NCBI RefSeq assembly: GCF_006345805.1
Contig: NC_042999.1
Location: 22,010,001-22,074,000, forward strand
Direction: 5' to 3'
Source of the DNA: Octopus sinensis
Taxonomy: Eukaryota
Length of the DNA stretch: 64,000 bases
In this document: in pieces, positions 25,388 through 38,133 of the stretch
How positions within the stretch are numbered: position 1 is the first letter of the stretch
Layout of the letters: every line of letters starts with the position of its first letter
The notes under the pieces: generated by a model
What the model was told of the DNA's origin: nothing
What the model saw: only the letters and a program-made list of their open reading frames with translations
Databases searched by the model: none
Made by a program: the position numbers and the translations under genes

Positions 25388-25870
25388 AGGCGAGTAGCGT
25401 TGTCGTCAGGGTGCTCATGATCGCACGGTCATGAGTTCGATTCCCGACAGTACGTTGTATCCTTCAGCAAGATTCTTTATTTCGCATTGCTCCGGTCCAC
25501 ACAGCTGTTAAACGTTGTGCCCGGAGAACTTCGTTGAGGATACTCGTGTTTGTGGAGTGCTCAGGCATATTCACGATCGAGCTGTTCTGTTGATCGGATC
25601 AACTGCAATACTCCTCGTTCTAAGCGATGGAGTACCAGTTTAAGTGCGTATCTTTGTGTTTCACCCCAACCTTTTACACTCAAACACACATCACCGCATG
25701 ACACCGGTGTTTGTTTGTGTACGTCCTTGTAAATTAGCACTTTGGCAAAAGAGATGAAAAAATAAATTCCAGACTTAAGTACTGGGGTTGAGCTGTTCAA
25801 ATAATCCCATCCAGGCCGTTCCCAATCATGGCCGCATTCCAATGAACGAAGCAAGTAAACGAGGGTAAAA
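25388..25870 (+). mobile_element. Old CORE-type SINE with tail type 1 (25388-25640), followed by a SINE-A 3' half
   Basis: GAGTTCGATTCC B box; TTGCTCCGGTCCACACAGCTG; GTGGAGTGCTCAG...GTTGATCGGATCAAC. Confidence 0.7.
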
Positions 25871-25953
25871 GAAGTACAAAATGTAGTGGATCAAAAATTA
25901 ACAAAAAAGGTTCAAATAATGAAAATTACACCCCAAGCGTTAAATAATCTGCA

Positions 25954-26430
25954 GTGATGGTGGAGATGGTGGTGGTGGTCGTGGTGGTCGTGGTGGTGGT
26001 GATAGTGGGGGTGGCGGTGCTGCTGCTGTTGCCGGTGGTAGTGGTGCTGGCAGTGGTTAAAATGAAGGCTGCTTTGGTGGCGTTATTATGAAGGTTATAT
26101 AGATAGTGAAATTAGTGTTAAGAATAGGGGTATTGGTGGTGGGGCTGTTGGTGATGGTCATGGTACAGTTGATGCAGGTGGTGGTGCTGGTGGTACTGGT
26201 GGTGCTGGTGATGGCAATATTCAGGCGTTATTGGTGGGCATAGTGACGGTAAATGTAGCGGCGGTGGTGTTGCTGTTAGTAGTGATGATGGCGGTGTTCT
26301 TGAGTATAACACTGTTATTATTGTTGTTGATGTTACAGATAGTGGTATTGTCAGTGTTGGTGGTGACATGAATAGTAGAGATGATGGTTGTTGATGAGAT
26401 GGTGGTGGCGATATAAGTGGTTGTCATAAA
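25954..26430. repeat. Degenerate (GGT)n/(GTT)n/(GAT)n trinucleotide low-complexity tract
   Basis: Direct reading. Confidence 0.9.
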
Positions 26431-26460
26431 GCAGATAAATTAAGTGCTGCAGGGGATATA

Positions 26461-26504
<44 letters not shown>

Positions 26505-26901
26505 AATTAAATTATAGATAAAACCACTATTAGTCAAATGAAACAGTGAAAAACATAAACCAAAACATAGAAATAAAATTAATTAATATAATATACAAAA
26601 TATATAAAATATAAAATTCAAAATTTAAATTATTTAAATTTAAAGTTAAAAATTTTAAATTATTAATTTATATATATATATATTATTTTTATTTATTTAT
26701 TTATTTATTTATTTTTAAATATATATAACTATCAAAAAGTATTAAACAGTTTAATATAAGATAAAAAGTATTATATATATATATAAGAGATAATGGTGTC
26801 ATTGAGACCCAAAGGTATCAGGTAATGCTCAATAAGTGCTATAGACAGACCATAGTTAAGTTCCAGATTCGGTAATATTGCGAATAAAAGGTTCAACGTT
26901 G

Positions 26902-27036
26902 TATATAAGAATTTTTTGCGTAATAGGATAAAAAAAACCATGACTGTATAGATATTAGAGAATTTATAGATAGAAATGCTCTAATATCTATACAACCTTG
27001 TTTTTTTTAGCTTACTACGCAAAAAATTCTCATATA
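26902..27036. repeat. AT-rich imperfect hairpin (possible MITE) flanked by TA
   Basis: GAATTTTTTGCGTA / TACGCAAAAAATTC and TGTATAGATATTAGAG / CTCTAATATCTATACA. Confidence 0.75.
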
Positions 27037-27084
27037 TATATAATTGACAAAGGAAACGGAAGATAGATTTAGCATTCATATTTT

Positions 27085-27400
27085 GCAAATTCTGGCACAA
27101 CATCGACCCTAGTATTCAGCTGGCACTTATTTTATCGACCCTGAAGGATGAAAGGCAAAATCAACCTCGGCGGAATTTAAACTCAGAACGCAAAGATAGA
27201 TAAGTGTTTTGAGAGCCCAGAAGCAGTAGGCTGGCAGAGTATGTTAGGCAATCGAGAAGACATCTTATTTCTTTATTGCCCACAAGGGGTTAAATATAGA
27301 GGGGACAAACAAGGACATACAAAGGGATTAAGTCAATCACATCAATGCCGCTTAGCCTTTTTGCCCGGCGTGCTAACGATTCTTCCAGCTCGTAGCCTCA
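27085..27400 (-). mobile_element. Rearranged SINE-C units with a 65-bp spacer
   Basis: Nin/Deu-like domain at 27120-27190; 27201-27343 is the reverse complement of 28809-28952. Confidence 0.8.
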
Positions 27401-28374
27401 ATAATACATACATACATACATACATACAAACATACATACATACATACATACATACATACATACATACATACATACATACATACATACATACATGTGTGTG
27501 TCGGATTGTCTTTGCACAGTGACAAACAAAATATACACCGCCAGAAGTTCTTGTTGACAAACAACGGCAGTAATTTTATTCAGCTGAATACACGTCATTG
27601 ATTGGTTGAAATTACTGAAATACTACAACTTTAACGCGAAATAACTTCGCAAATATAAGTTTTTCTCAAAAATGCTAAGAGTAAAAGATGTTTTATATGA
27701 CACATTCTACCAGTGTCCGAAGTTTGAAAGTGTTTAGTTACAAAAAATTATTTTTTGAAATCTGTACGTCAAAAGGTAAATATTCCCTGAAGGAGCTGCT
27801 TTAGCATGGTCGCAGTCAAATGACTCGATGAAGTAAATGATAAAAGATTTAATAATTGACGGTTATATCAGTACTTCAGTTTAGTGATAGTAGTGATAAT
27901 AATAGTGGTTGTGCAGTTGTTCTTGGTGCGGGTGATGGTGCTGATGCTGCTAGTGGTGGTGGTGGTGGTTGTGGTGGTGGTGATGGTGGCGGTGTGTCTA
28001 CAGTCAGATTAGTCTACGCTTTGTTAAGGAGGTCTAAAAAGATCAAAACATGATAAGTACACGTTTTACCACTTAGTGAAGGATATAAGAGTGGGATTCA
28101 TGACCTTTCAAGGTGTCCGAGACTAACGGGCGACAGCGAGGAAATTATCATGAAAATTCGGCTTCTATTGCTTCTTTAAAAAAATTGAACTCAGCTTATG
28201 GGCATACAAGGGCCAGTCGGTGATGTTGAACCTTCGATGAATTAAGACTACGATTAAAGAACACACAAAATTTAGGACTTCATTTATTGGTCCACTCTGA
28301 AATAAATGAAAACGTGACTTCGGCGAGATTTGAAACTGAAGTGCAAAGCACACGACTATATGCACCAGATGTCT

Positions 28375-28952
28375 TCGCGGTCGACTTTGCCATTCGTCCT
28401 TTCGGAGTCGATAAATAAAGTACCAGTTACGCCCTGGGGTCGATATAATCGTTTTAATCCGTTTGTCTGTCCTTGTTTGTCCTCTCTGTGTTTGGCCTCC
28501 TGTGGGTTGTAAAGGAATAGGTATTTCGTCTGCCGTTACGTTCTGAGTTCAAATTCCGCCGAGGTCGATTTTGCCTTTCATCCTTTCAGGGTCGATAAAT
28601 TAAGTACCAGTTACGCACTGTGTCGATATAATCGACTTAATCCGTTTGTCTGTCCTTGTTTGTCCTCTCTGTGTTTAGCCCCTTGTGGGTAGTAAAGGAA
28701 TAAGTATTTCGTCTGCCGTTACGTTCTGAGTTCAAATTCCGCCGAAGTTGACTTTGCCTTTCATCCTTTCGGGGTCGGTAAATTAAATACCAGTTACGTA
28801 CTGGGGTTGATGTAATTGACTTAATCCCTTTGTCTGTCCTTGTTTGTCCCCTCTATATTTAACCCCTTGTGGGCAATAAAGAAATAAGATGTCTTCTCGA
28901 TTGCCTAACATACTCTGCCAGCCCACTGCTTCTGGGCTATCAAAAACACTTA
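28375..28952 (+). mobile_element. SINE family C trimer (unit 183 bp) plus the 65-bp spacer
   Basis: RGTATTTCGTC at 28520 and 28703. Confidence 0.9.
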
Positions 28953-29362
28953 TTTTTTCGACCCCCACAAAGAGAAAAGAAAACAGAAATTGACATCATG
29001 TGATACGAACTGGAGGAAAGCTTAAACGACGGAGAATAAATTTGTTCGGCGCACTAACGACTCTGCTAAACCGTCACACATTCCAGTAACATCAATATGA
29101 TATTGACTAATATTTATTTCCACACCACTACCGCAAAAATATGTTTTCCTCAATATGTTATCATTAACATAACTATTTAATTATTGTGAATAAACAGCGA
29201 TAACGGATATAGAACATATGCAATCTTTGGCAGAGTCTGGTTATATTACAGAATGTGGATCATACTCTCACAACGCCAAGCCAAAGTCAAACACGTACAT
29301 ATACATATATATGTATGTACCACACACACACGAGTGCACATTCACACATACAGATACATACA

Positions 29363-29440
<78 letters not shown>

Positions 29441-30042
29441 CAAATACGTTATATATATATACATACATCATACATCCATATATAATATATATACATGAAT
29501 ATATATATGTGTGCGTGTGAGTGTGTATGTTTGTATGTATGTATATATGTAAGTATGTATGTATGTATGTATGTATGTATGTATATATATGTGTGTGTGT
29601 GTGTGTATGTGTGTGTGTGTGAGTGAGTGTGTATGTATGTGGGTGTGTATATATGTGTAAAATGCGAAACCAATAACACGAAAATAGATTACTTCCCGTA
29701 AGATTAATATTGATGTTCTGTCATGAAGTGTATCGTGTATACACTTCCTTTTAGGTGTAAAGTAAAGAGAAAACCCAGCGCTCACAAACCAAGTCTTAAT
29801 GAAAGGCTGTCCGTCTGTCTGTGTAGGAAAATGCAGTTTGCTAAACTTGCAGTGTAAACTTATTGACCCAAGTGACATGTCTAGTACATGAAATGAGGAA
29901 AGGTGTCTTTATCCGCTGACTGAAGAGCGAATTGCCGTGGTATACTAAATTCAGGCAAATTTTCATTTCGCAGGATGACGAGATCATAAGACTAATAATA
30001 AACAGACGCAATGTTTCTGTTTCACTTCCTTTATTATTATTA

Positions 30043-30116
<74 letters not shown>

Positions 30117-30140
30117 GTTATTATTTTTATCATTATTATT

Positions 30141-30621
30141 GGGTGGGAGAGCAGCGCATGCCATCAAAGTGACACTGCGGTACAAATATACGAAGCCCAA
30201 TATACCCATCATGACTACCCGTCTGATAAGGGTACACTAGGCACATGCTTCCCAACCATATGTGCGGGACATGATAGTCTCATATCATGATAAACAGCGC
30301 ATGAACTTGCAGGTAAGGCCCAGTTGGAATTTCCTTCAGGTTGATTGGCCCATCCTGCTCAAAAGATCCCTGAATAAGGTTTGTTTTAAAGATGAGGAAC
30401 GAAACACCCATATTTCTAGAGATAAATAATTCAAACCCCAAAGAATTCCTCTCAATACATTGCTATGATGCTCCCCCACTACTTCTACTCGTGAGCAGAG
30501 ATGCACATATTGTCAGCCACTAAGGGACATGCTCAACTGATTAAAGTCAAACAACTGACAAGCAAATCTGTGGTACTGAGCAGAATAGTTGCTGTAGCCC
30601 ATCTTTTATACTAGGCAAAAC
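30141..30621 (-). mobile_element. Family D: unclassified ~556-bp retroposon-like element abutting (ATT)n, truncated
   Basis: Reverse complement of 40722-41277; long (ATT)n at 30032-30140. Confidence 0.8.
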
Positions 30622-31250
30622 GCTTAGCAGCCTTTCACCCGTCACTACGTTCTGAATTCAAATTCCACCGAGGTCGACTTCGCCTTTCACCCTTTTGGGG
30701 TCGATAAGGTAAGTACCAGCACTGGGATCGATGTAATCGACTAGTCCACACACCCAAAATCTCAGGTTTTGTGCTTCTTAGAGAAAGGATTATTATGAGT
30801 CAATTGAACACGGAGAGCTGGCAGAATCGCTAGCCCGCACGCCAAAATGTTTAGCGGCATTTCGTCTGCATTTACGTTTCCGAGTTCAAATTCCGCTGCG
30901 ATCGACTTTACCTTTCATTCTTTCCAAATCGATAAAATGAGTACCAGTTGTATACTGGGGTCGATCTAATCGACTATCGCACTCCCCCAAATTTTAGGTC
31001 TTATGCTTATTGTACAAAGGATCATTATTTTTCAGTTGGTTAAGATCGCGAGCTGTTACAGCGACAGAAAAAATTCTTTGCAGTGTTTCTTGCGTTCTGT
31101 GTTCAAATTCCGTTGAAGTCAATGTTGTCTTTATCGATCCTGTCCTTTATACATCGATAAATTAAATACCAGTAGAGGGTTAGGATCGATCCAGTTGGCT
31201 TACCACTACCCCCTCCCCAAATGCCCTCCTTGTACCAAAATTTGAAATTA
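30622..31250 (+). mobile_element. Three tandem, progressively degenerate SINE-C copies
   Basis: Repeated TTCAAATTCC...GTCGATAAA..AGTACCAG domain. Confidence 0.75.
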
Positions 31251-31486
31251 TTAGTGAATTGGTTAATCATTTAGCCAGTTCATTCTTCAATCCTTCGCTC
31301 AATCAATCAGGTTTTTTCAAATCCTTTCGCCAACGAAATTTTTCTCTCCCGTTACAAAAACAGAAAACACAACCAGAAAGATTGTCAAATACATACATTG
31401 TGTTTCTTTTTAGTCTTTGGCCAGCAGATAACAAGTAGATATGTAATTAAAATTAATTAATTATTATTATAGCATTCACATCAATT

Positions 31487-31651
31487 AGGCGTAGGAGTAG
31501 CTGTGTGGTAAGTAGATTGCTTACGAACCACATGGTTCCGGGTTCAGTCCCACTGCGTGGCACTTTGAGCAAGTGTCTTCTACTATAGCCTCGGGCCGAC
31601 CAAAGCCCTGTGAGTGATTTGGTAGACGGAAACTGAAAGACGCCCATCGTA

Positions 31652-31694
<43 letters not shown>

Positions 31695-31922
31695 ATGTGT
31701 GTGTGTGTGTGTGTGTGTTTGTGTGTCTGTTTGTTCCCCCGAACATCGCTTGACAACTGATGCTGGTGTGTTTACGTTCACCTAACTTAGCGGTTCGGCA
31801 AAAAGAGACCGATAGAATAAGTACTAGGCTTACAAAGAATAAGTCCTGGGTCGATTTGCTCGACTAAAGGCGGTGCTCCAGTATGGCCACAGTCAAATGA
31901 CTGAAACAAGTAAAAGATTAAA
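31487..31922 (+). mobile_element. SINE family A
   Basis: Head, body and tail match. Confidence 0.92.
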
Positions 31923-32204
31923 AAGTAGATTTTCATACTGGATGGTATATTCAGGATTGAATTATCCACTGAGTTCTTCAAGACGATCAGATGGAAATTT
32001 TCGATCTTAAGATTCTTTTTAAGAATAGAAGCTCTATTTTGTGTTATGGAAATGGTGTAACCGATAGCTAGCAATAGCAGGTTTGTGATTCTACAGATTA
32101 CAATGTGGCAAGTTCTGTGAAAATTAGATTATAAATTTAGAGGTGGTATAGCCTATTGCGTAAGCAATGACAACGTATCGCCGATATTAGTGACAATACT
32201 ACAT

Positions 32205-32616
32205 ACTCTTTTACTCTACTCTTTTACTTGTTTCAGTCATTTGACTGCGGCCATGCTGGAACACCGTCTTTAGTCAAGCAGATCGACCCCAGGACTTATT
32301 CTCTGTAAGCCTAGTACTTATTCTATCGTTTACTTTTGCCGAGCCGCTAAGTTACGGGGACGCAAACGCACCAGCATCGTTTGTCAAGCGATGTTGAGGG
32401 GACAAACAGACACACAAACATATACACACATACATATATATATATACATATATACGACGGGCTTCTTTCAGTTTCTATGTACCAAATCCACTCACAAGGC
32501 TTTGGTCAGCCCGAGGCTACTATAGAAGACACTTGCCCAAGGTGCCACGCAATGGGAATGAACCCGGAACCATGTGGTTGGTAAGCAAGCTTCTTACCAC
32601 ATAGCCACTCCTGCGC
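32205..32616 (-). mobile_element. SINE family A, inverted relative to 31487-31922
   Basis: Head, body and tail match. Confidence 0.92.
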
Positions 32617-32884
32617 ATACATGGAGAGATATCTGAAATATAAGCTGCACATAAGCTTGGTATTAACTGTGGGTTTAAGACCAGATAATTGCCTGAGTAT
32701 ACTCATCATAATTTTCGGTCACTAGTGATTTTGTGCCTCCGTTTATTTTGACGGCTATGCCTAGTCCATTATCTCTGTATAGCCCTAAGAACAAACCAAC
32801 TAGGTTACACGCATCCACACCATTGTAACTACCCGAATAGACGTCAAAAAGCTCATTTCAATTCTTCTTTACCCATGGTAATTT

Positions 32885-33090
32885 GGCGGCGAGCTAGCAG
32901 AATCGTTAGCATGCCGGGTAAAATGTTTAGCAGCATTTCGTCCGTTCTGAGTTCAAATTCCGCTGAGATCGACTTTACCTTGCATCCATTTCAGGATCGA
33001 TAAATTAAGTACCTGTTGAGGACTGGTGTTAATGTAATCGACTTACCCCACCCCCGAACTTGCAGGCCCTGTGCCAAGGTTTGAAACCAA
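32885..33090 (+). mobile_element. SINE family C (tail type i)
   Basis: GGCGGCGAGCTAGCAGAATCGTTAGC head; GGCCCTGTGCC tail. Confidence 0.88.
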
Positions 33091-33544
33091 TTCTTCTTTA
33101 CCCACAAAGAGTTATTACTAATGCATCGTGTATTTAAGATTATGTTAGCATCATCATCAGTTTTCACGCTGCTGAATTTTCCGAAGTTCAAAGACCAGAG
33201 GACCAATTCCCTGGAGAGGATGCCAAACGGGTACATGTATACAATTTGCCTTATTCAGAATATTACTGAATAACGTAAGGGCAGTTCCATTGTCTTCGGT
33301 AAGTAGCTTCCCTGGTATAGCTGCCTTTTAATATATTCCTACCGGTTGTACCCAATTCACTTTTCATAGGGCTTCTCTACAAAATTATTTCTATGATCTT
33401 TAAGCAATAGGTACGGCTTACATGGGTTTAGGTCCTCTATTGGGTCTGTTATATTAAAATTTCTGCCTAGGTGTCTCAAACTTTCTAAGTTCTGGAACAA
33501 GTTTCTTGTACATTTAGATGTTGTATTTGCAGCGCAGTATAATC

Positions 33545-33670
33545 TCTTCTACTCTAGGCACAAGGCCCGAATTTTGGGGGGAGGGTGCCAGTCGATTTGG
33601 TACTTAATTTATCGACCCCGAAAAAATGAAAAGCAAAGCCGACTTTGTCGGAATTTGAATTCAGAACATA
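33545..33670 (-). mobile_element. SINE family C, partial
   Basis: TCTACTCTAGGCACAAGGCC tail and central domain. Confidence 0.8.
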
Positions 33671-34018
33671 AGTAGGGCTGTATAATAGAACTTCTATCGA
33701 GTTCATTTAACTCTTTTTGTCAGCTGACACTAATATCTGAACAGGCTGTATGAAATGGGACAAAAGCTCTTTACGGTCAGTCAGCACGCTGTTTTATACG
33801 GTTCGTAATATTTTACTCTCTCAACGAAGTTAATCGAATTAACTGTAGCAATCTATTGCTAATAGCTAGTTTATACACAGCCCGCCGGCTTTTATAACAT
33901 CACTGACGTTTTAGCCATAGTTAAATATTATCATTTTCACTGATTTTCGATCTGATATTCGATGTTCGGTTGCCTGTTGTTGATGATCCGCAATTTGCTG
34001 TGAAATCACTAGATACAA

Positions 34019-34036
34019 CAGTGCCATCTACCGGTG
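34019..34036 (-). promoter_or_regulatory. CTCF-motif match
   Basis: rc CACCGGTAGATGGCACTG resembles the CTCF core CCASYAGRKGGCRS; lies in non-repeat sequence. Confidence 0.4.
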
Positions 34037-34274
34037 TTGACAAAATTTTATCAACCGATTATCTGCAATTTATAGCATCTGTCGTCCACACAAGATGATT
34101 TCTCGGAAAATTTATCGCAGTCTACGGCGTTATAAATAACACCCAAGTTAGGTCGAATGTTCTTCATTACAAAGGCTGCTTCTGTTGCTAACATTTAATT
34201 CATAATAGTCTAATTCTCTACAGAATAATTCGGTAGATTATTAATTAGCAGCGGGTGTGCGTGTGCGTGTGTGA

Positions 34275-34657
34275 GCGGAGGCACAATGGCCCAGTGGTTA
34301 GGGCAGCGGACTCGCGGTCATAGGATCGCGGTTTCGATTCCCAGACCGGGCGTTGTGAGTGTTTATTGAGCGAAAACACCTAACGCTCCACGAGGCTCGG
34401 GCAGGGATGGTGGTGATCCCTGCTGTACTGTTTCACCACAACTTTCTCTCACTCTTACTTCCTGTTTCTGTTGTACCTGTATTTCAAGGGGCCGGCCATG
34501 TCACTCTCTGTGTCATGCTGAATATCCCCGAGAACTACGTTAAGGGTACACGTGTCTGTGGAGTGCTCAGCCACTTACACGTTAATTTCACGAGCAGGCT
34601 GTTCCGTTGATCGGATCAACCGGAACCCTCGTCGTCGTAACCGACGGAGTGCTTCCT
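34275..34657 (+). mobile_element. SINE family B, tail type 1, full length
   Basis: A box TGGCCCAGTGG, B box GTTTCGATTCC; tail GTGGAGTGCTCAGCCAC...GTAACCGACGGAGTGC. Confidence 0.92.
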
Positions 34658-34909
34658 TCCCTGTGTGTGAGCGTGCGTGTATTTATGCATGAATGAGAGC
34701 CCCAAAAGAGAAATTTTAGAAGGCGAAATATGACTACTTTCGGGCCCAGTTAAGATTGGGGAATCTTTTCGAAAATCAAACAGGCAAAGAGGGGTCAGAT
34801 ATTTTATGGGCCCCTCCTTAGCCCTCCAGTATGTATGACCTATTTATCGGCTGAACCTCTCCTCCCCTTTCGTGGCACCTATGTATATGTACATATATGT
34901 ATCATATCT

Positions 34910-35282
<373 letters not shown>

Positions 35283-35866
35283 TGTAGTTCTACATATTTA
35301 CACATAGACGCAGACACGCACAGTCACACACATATAAGTACATACATATGTACATACATTGCTATATAATTACATACTGTCCGAAGCAGTACATACTTTT
35401 TAAACGTAAGAGATGCAACATTGAAACAAGGTAAACAACTAAACGACATAGGCGACACCTGTTTGATTTGCCCAAGAAACTGTTGCTTCTGTCAACATGT
35501 TCACAGGTAAATTCTCGTTAATGTCAACACATGTTAACTCAACAGAGAAGTGTGTATATCCTAACGAACGACTTAGTCGCTTATTTTGTTTGATAGCAAA
35601 ACAAAAGAAAAAAAACCCAGAAGATTTTAATCACATAAGAAACTTTAATGTTAGCAGATGGTAAAGATTAGGAGGTAAACGTGTAAGATGATAGTTTAGC
35701 AGGTCAGCAGGTATGTGTAAATGTAATAATTAGGTAATAATTATGATTTATAACATAGGTTAAAAAATTACAATTGCTTGTAGTACTTTAATTTAGATTG
35801 ATGTCATAATAAAGAAAGAAAATTTTATCTTGACGTGTTTGAACGCAGGACGCAATCACAACAGCT

Positions 35867-36062
35867 GTGGAGGCGCAATGGTCCAGTGGTTAAGGCAGCG
35901 GACTCGCGGTCGTAAGAACGATGTTTCGATTCCCAGACAAGGCACTGTAAGTGTTTATTGAGCAAAAATGCCTAAGCTCCACGAGGCTCCGGTGTGGCGT
36001 TGTGGCGAACCCCGCTGTACTCTTTCACCACAACTTTCTCACACTCTTTCTTCCTACTTCTG
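35867..36062 (+). mobile_element. SINE family B, 3'-truncated
   Basis: Head and central domain only. Confidence 0.85.
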
Positions 36063-36429
36063 CCACAAAGCAGAGGAACCATGGTGTAACCCACTATGGT
36101 GTGGTAAACTTTCAGACCCTAGTCTAGATTGTGAATCCTCTGTACCCCCAGGATGATTCAGCTCTCCACCCGTTAAAATCCACTGTTTACGGAATGAGTA
36201 TAACAACATAGCTTTCGCGCCCGTGCAACCGCCAGTCTATCGCGTGTGGTGCGTGAATCTTCAAGTTGCCACATGCATACTCAGTAGCTTAGAGTAGGCT
36301 TGAATTAGAGATTATTCTTTGTGGCTAAAGGCATGAGTCCTGATTGGAAGAAGAAGAAGAAGAAGAAGACAACAGCATTTTTGCGCGATGTTCTACCACG
36401 ACTACCAGGAATGACTTTAAATATAATCC

Positions 36430-37110
36430 AGTAGTTTTCAACCGGGTTCCATATGATCCATGGGGATCCATAAAAGATTTGGGGTGGGGTCCACGCAACA
36501 AAATAGTAAATTGTGGATCCACAACAGTGGTAAGTAGCTTGCTTACGAACCACATGGTTCCGGATTCAGTCCCATTGCATGGCACCTTGGGCAAGTGTCT
36601 TCTTCTATAGCCTCGGGCCGACCAAAGCCTTGTGAGTGGATTTGGTAGACGGAAGCCCGTCGTATATATGTATATATATGCATGTGTGTATATGTTTGTG
36701 TGTCTGTGTTTGTCCCCCCAACATCGCTTGACAAACGATGCTGGTGCGTTTCGTCCCCGTAACTTAGCGGTTCGGCAAAAGTGAGCGATAGAATAAGTAC
36801 TAGGCTTACAAAGAATAAGTCCTGGGGTTGATTTGCTCGACTAAAGGTGGTGCTCCAGCATGGCCACCGTCACATGACTGAAACAAGTAAAAGAGTTAAA
36901 GAGTAAAAGAGTAACAGTATTTTAAGCCCCCCTGAAAAAAGTTTTGCTTAACTGCAGGTAGTTATTGCAAGAAACAACTGGGTCCCTTTCTCTAACATTT
37001 TGCATAGTTCTACCTACATAAGTTCATGTGTGGAAAGCAAAATGGAAAATTTTGAAAGAAGTTTCTATAAAACTAGTTTTTAAACATCAAACGGTGATGG
37101 GGGTCCACCG
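36430..37110. mobile_element. Probable hAT-like non-autonomous element (left end CAGTAGTTTTCAACCGGG, repeated GGGTCCAC), split by SINE-A; right TIR not seen
   Basis: Charlie-like terminal motif; AACAGT duplicated around the SINE. Confidence 0.45.
36527..36912 (+). mobile_element. SINE family A (slightly 5'-truncated)
   Basis: Body and tail match. Confidence 0.9.
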
Positions 37111-37170
37111 CTAAGTAACGGAGACGTAAACAAACCAGCAGTGGTGAGAAACAAACACAAAAACGCACAT

Positions 37171-37205
<35 letters not shown>

Positions 37206-37410
37206 TGAGTGTGTGTTTATGTGTGTGTACTTATGCATTTATATGCGACGGACTTTTACGCAGTTTTCGCCAACCAAATTCATTGACCAAGCATTTGTCG
37301 ACTCGGGGCTATAGTAGAAGACACTTGCCCAAGATGCCGCACATTGGGACTGAACCCGAAACTACTAGAGAGCAAACAGATCGTCTTAACCATATACCCA
37401 CGCCTGCCAC
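37110..37410 (-). mobile_element. Old SINE-A-like copy
   Basis: GGGGCTATAGTAGAAGACACTTGCCCAAG. Confidence 0.75.
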
Positions 37411-38133
37411 TGGAATTACAATTTTGGTTCCGAAACAAACTCACAGAAAAAAAAACAAACAGAATAATAATAATAATAATAATAATAATACGTCACATCT
37501 CATTTAAACAACATAATTGTTAAAGTAATGAAATAAGTCTGATTAACTGACAATACATTACTTACAGACAATGACAACGTAATTAATATAACAGTATATT
37601 ATACGAACGAGACAAAAAAAATCACGTTCAATTGAATATCTTAAAACAATGAAACAAAAAACACACATCAATCAGTCTTTACTGAAGTTTTCCTTTGAGG
37701 TATTCCTCTGATTTTTTTCCTCTATAACATTTATCAGTGATTTTTTTTATCATTATATTTTCCTCTGGCTTTTTCCGGCGACGTTTTTATAAGTTTTTCT
37801 CTTATGCTTTTTTTTTTCGTTGTTGCTTCTAAGCCTTATTTTCCTGTGCTTTTTCTCTCTCCGTTTTATCCCGTAACTTTATGTATGCTATTTTACATAT
37901 GCTTCTATTTCCAGTGGAATATTTCTGTACCTTTTTTTTCATGCCACTTTTTTTTTCCTATGGCATTCTGTCCTTTGTGGTTTTCGCTTCTGACTAGTTG
38001 CGGTGAGTTTCTTTCCCGCAACATTTTCTTAAGAATTTTTTTTTCCTTTCTTTTTCGGGGTGGGGTGCTCCGAAATTTTTCTCTCTAGCCACTACACATT
38101 CTTTATTTTCTCTCTTTGTTTCTTTCTGTGTTC

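Noticed and set aside
25954-26430. His/Thr-rich ORFs and G-quadruplex potential
   Set aside because: Ordinary degenerate (GGT)n tract; only two-tier G runs and no supporting context
26840-26900. Possible degenerate hammerhead on the - strand
   Set aside because: Core and stems need too many substitutions
27575-27790. Possible end of a DNA transposon
   Set aside because: No matching TIR or TSD found in the window
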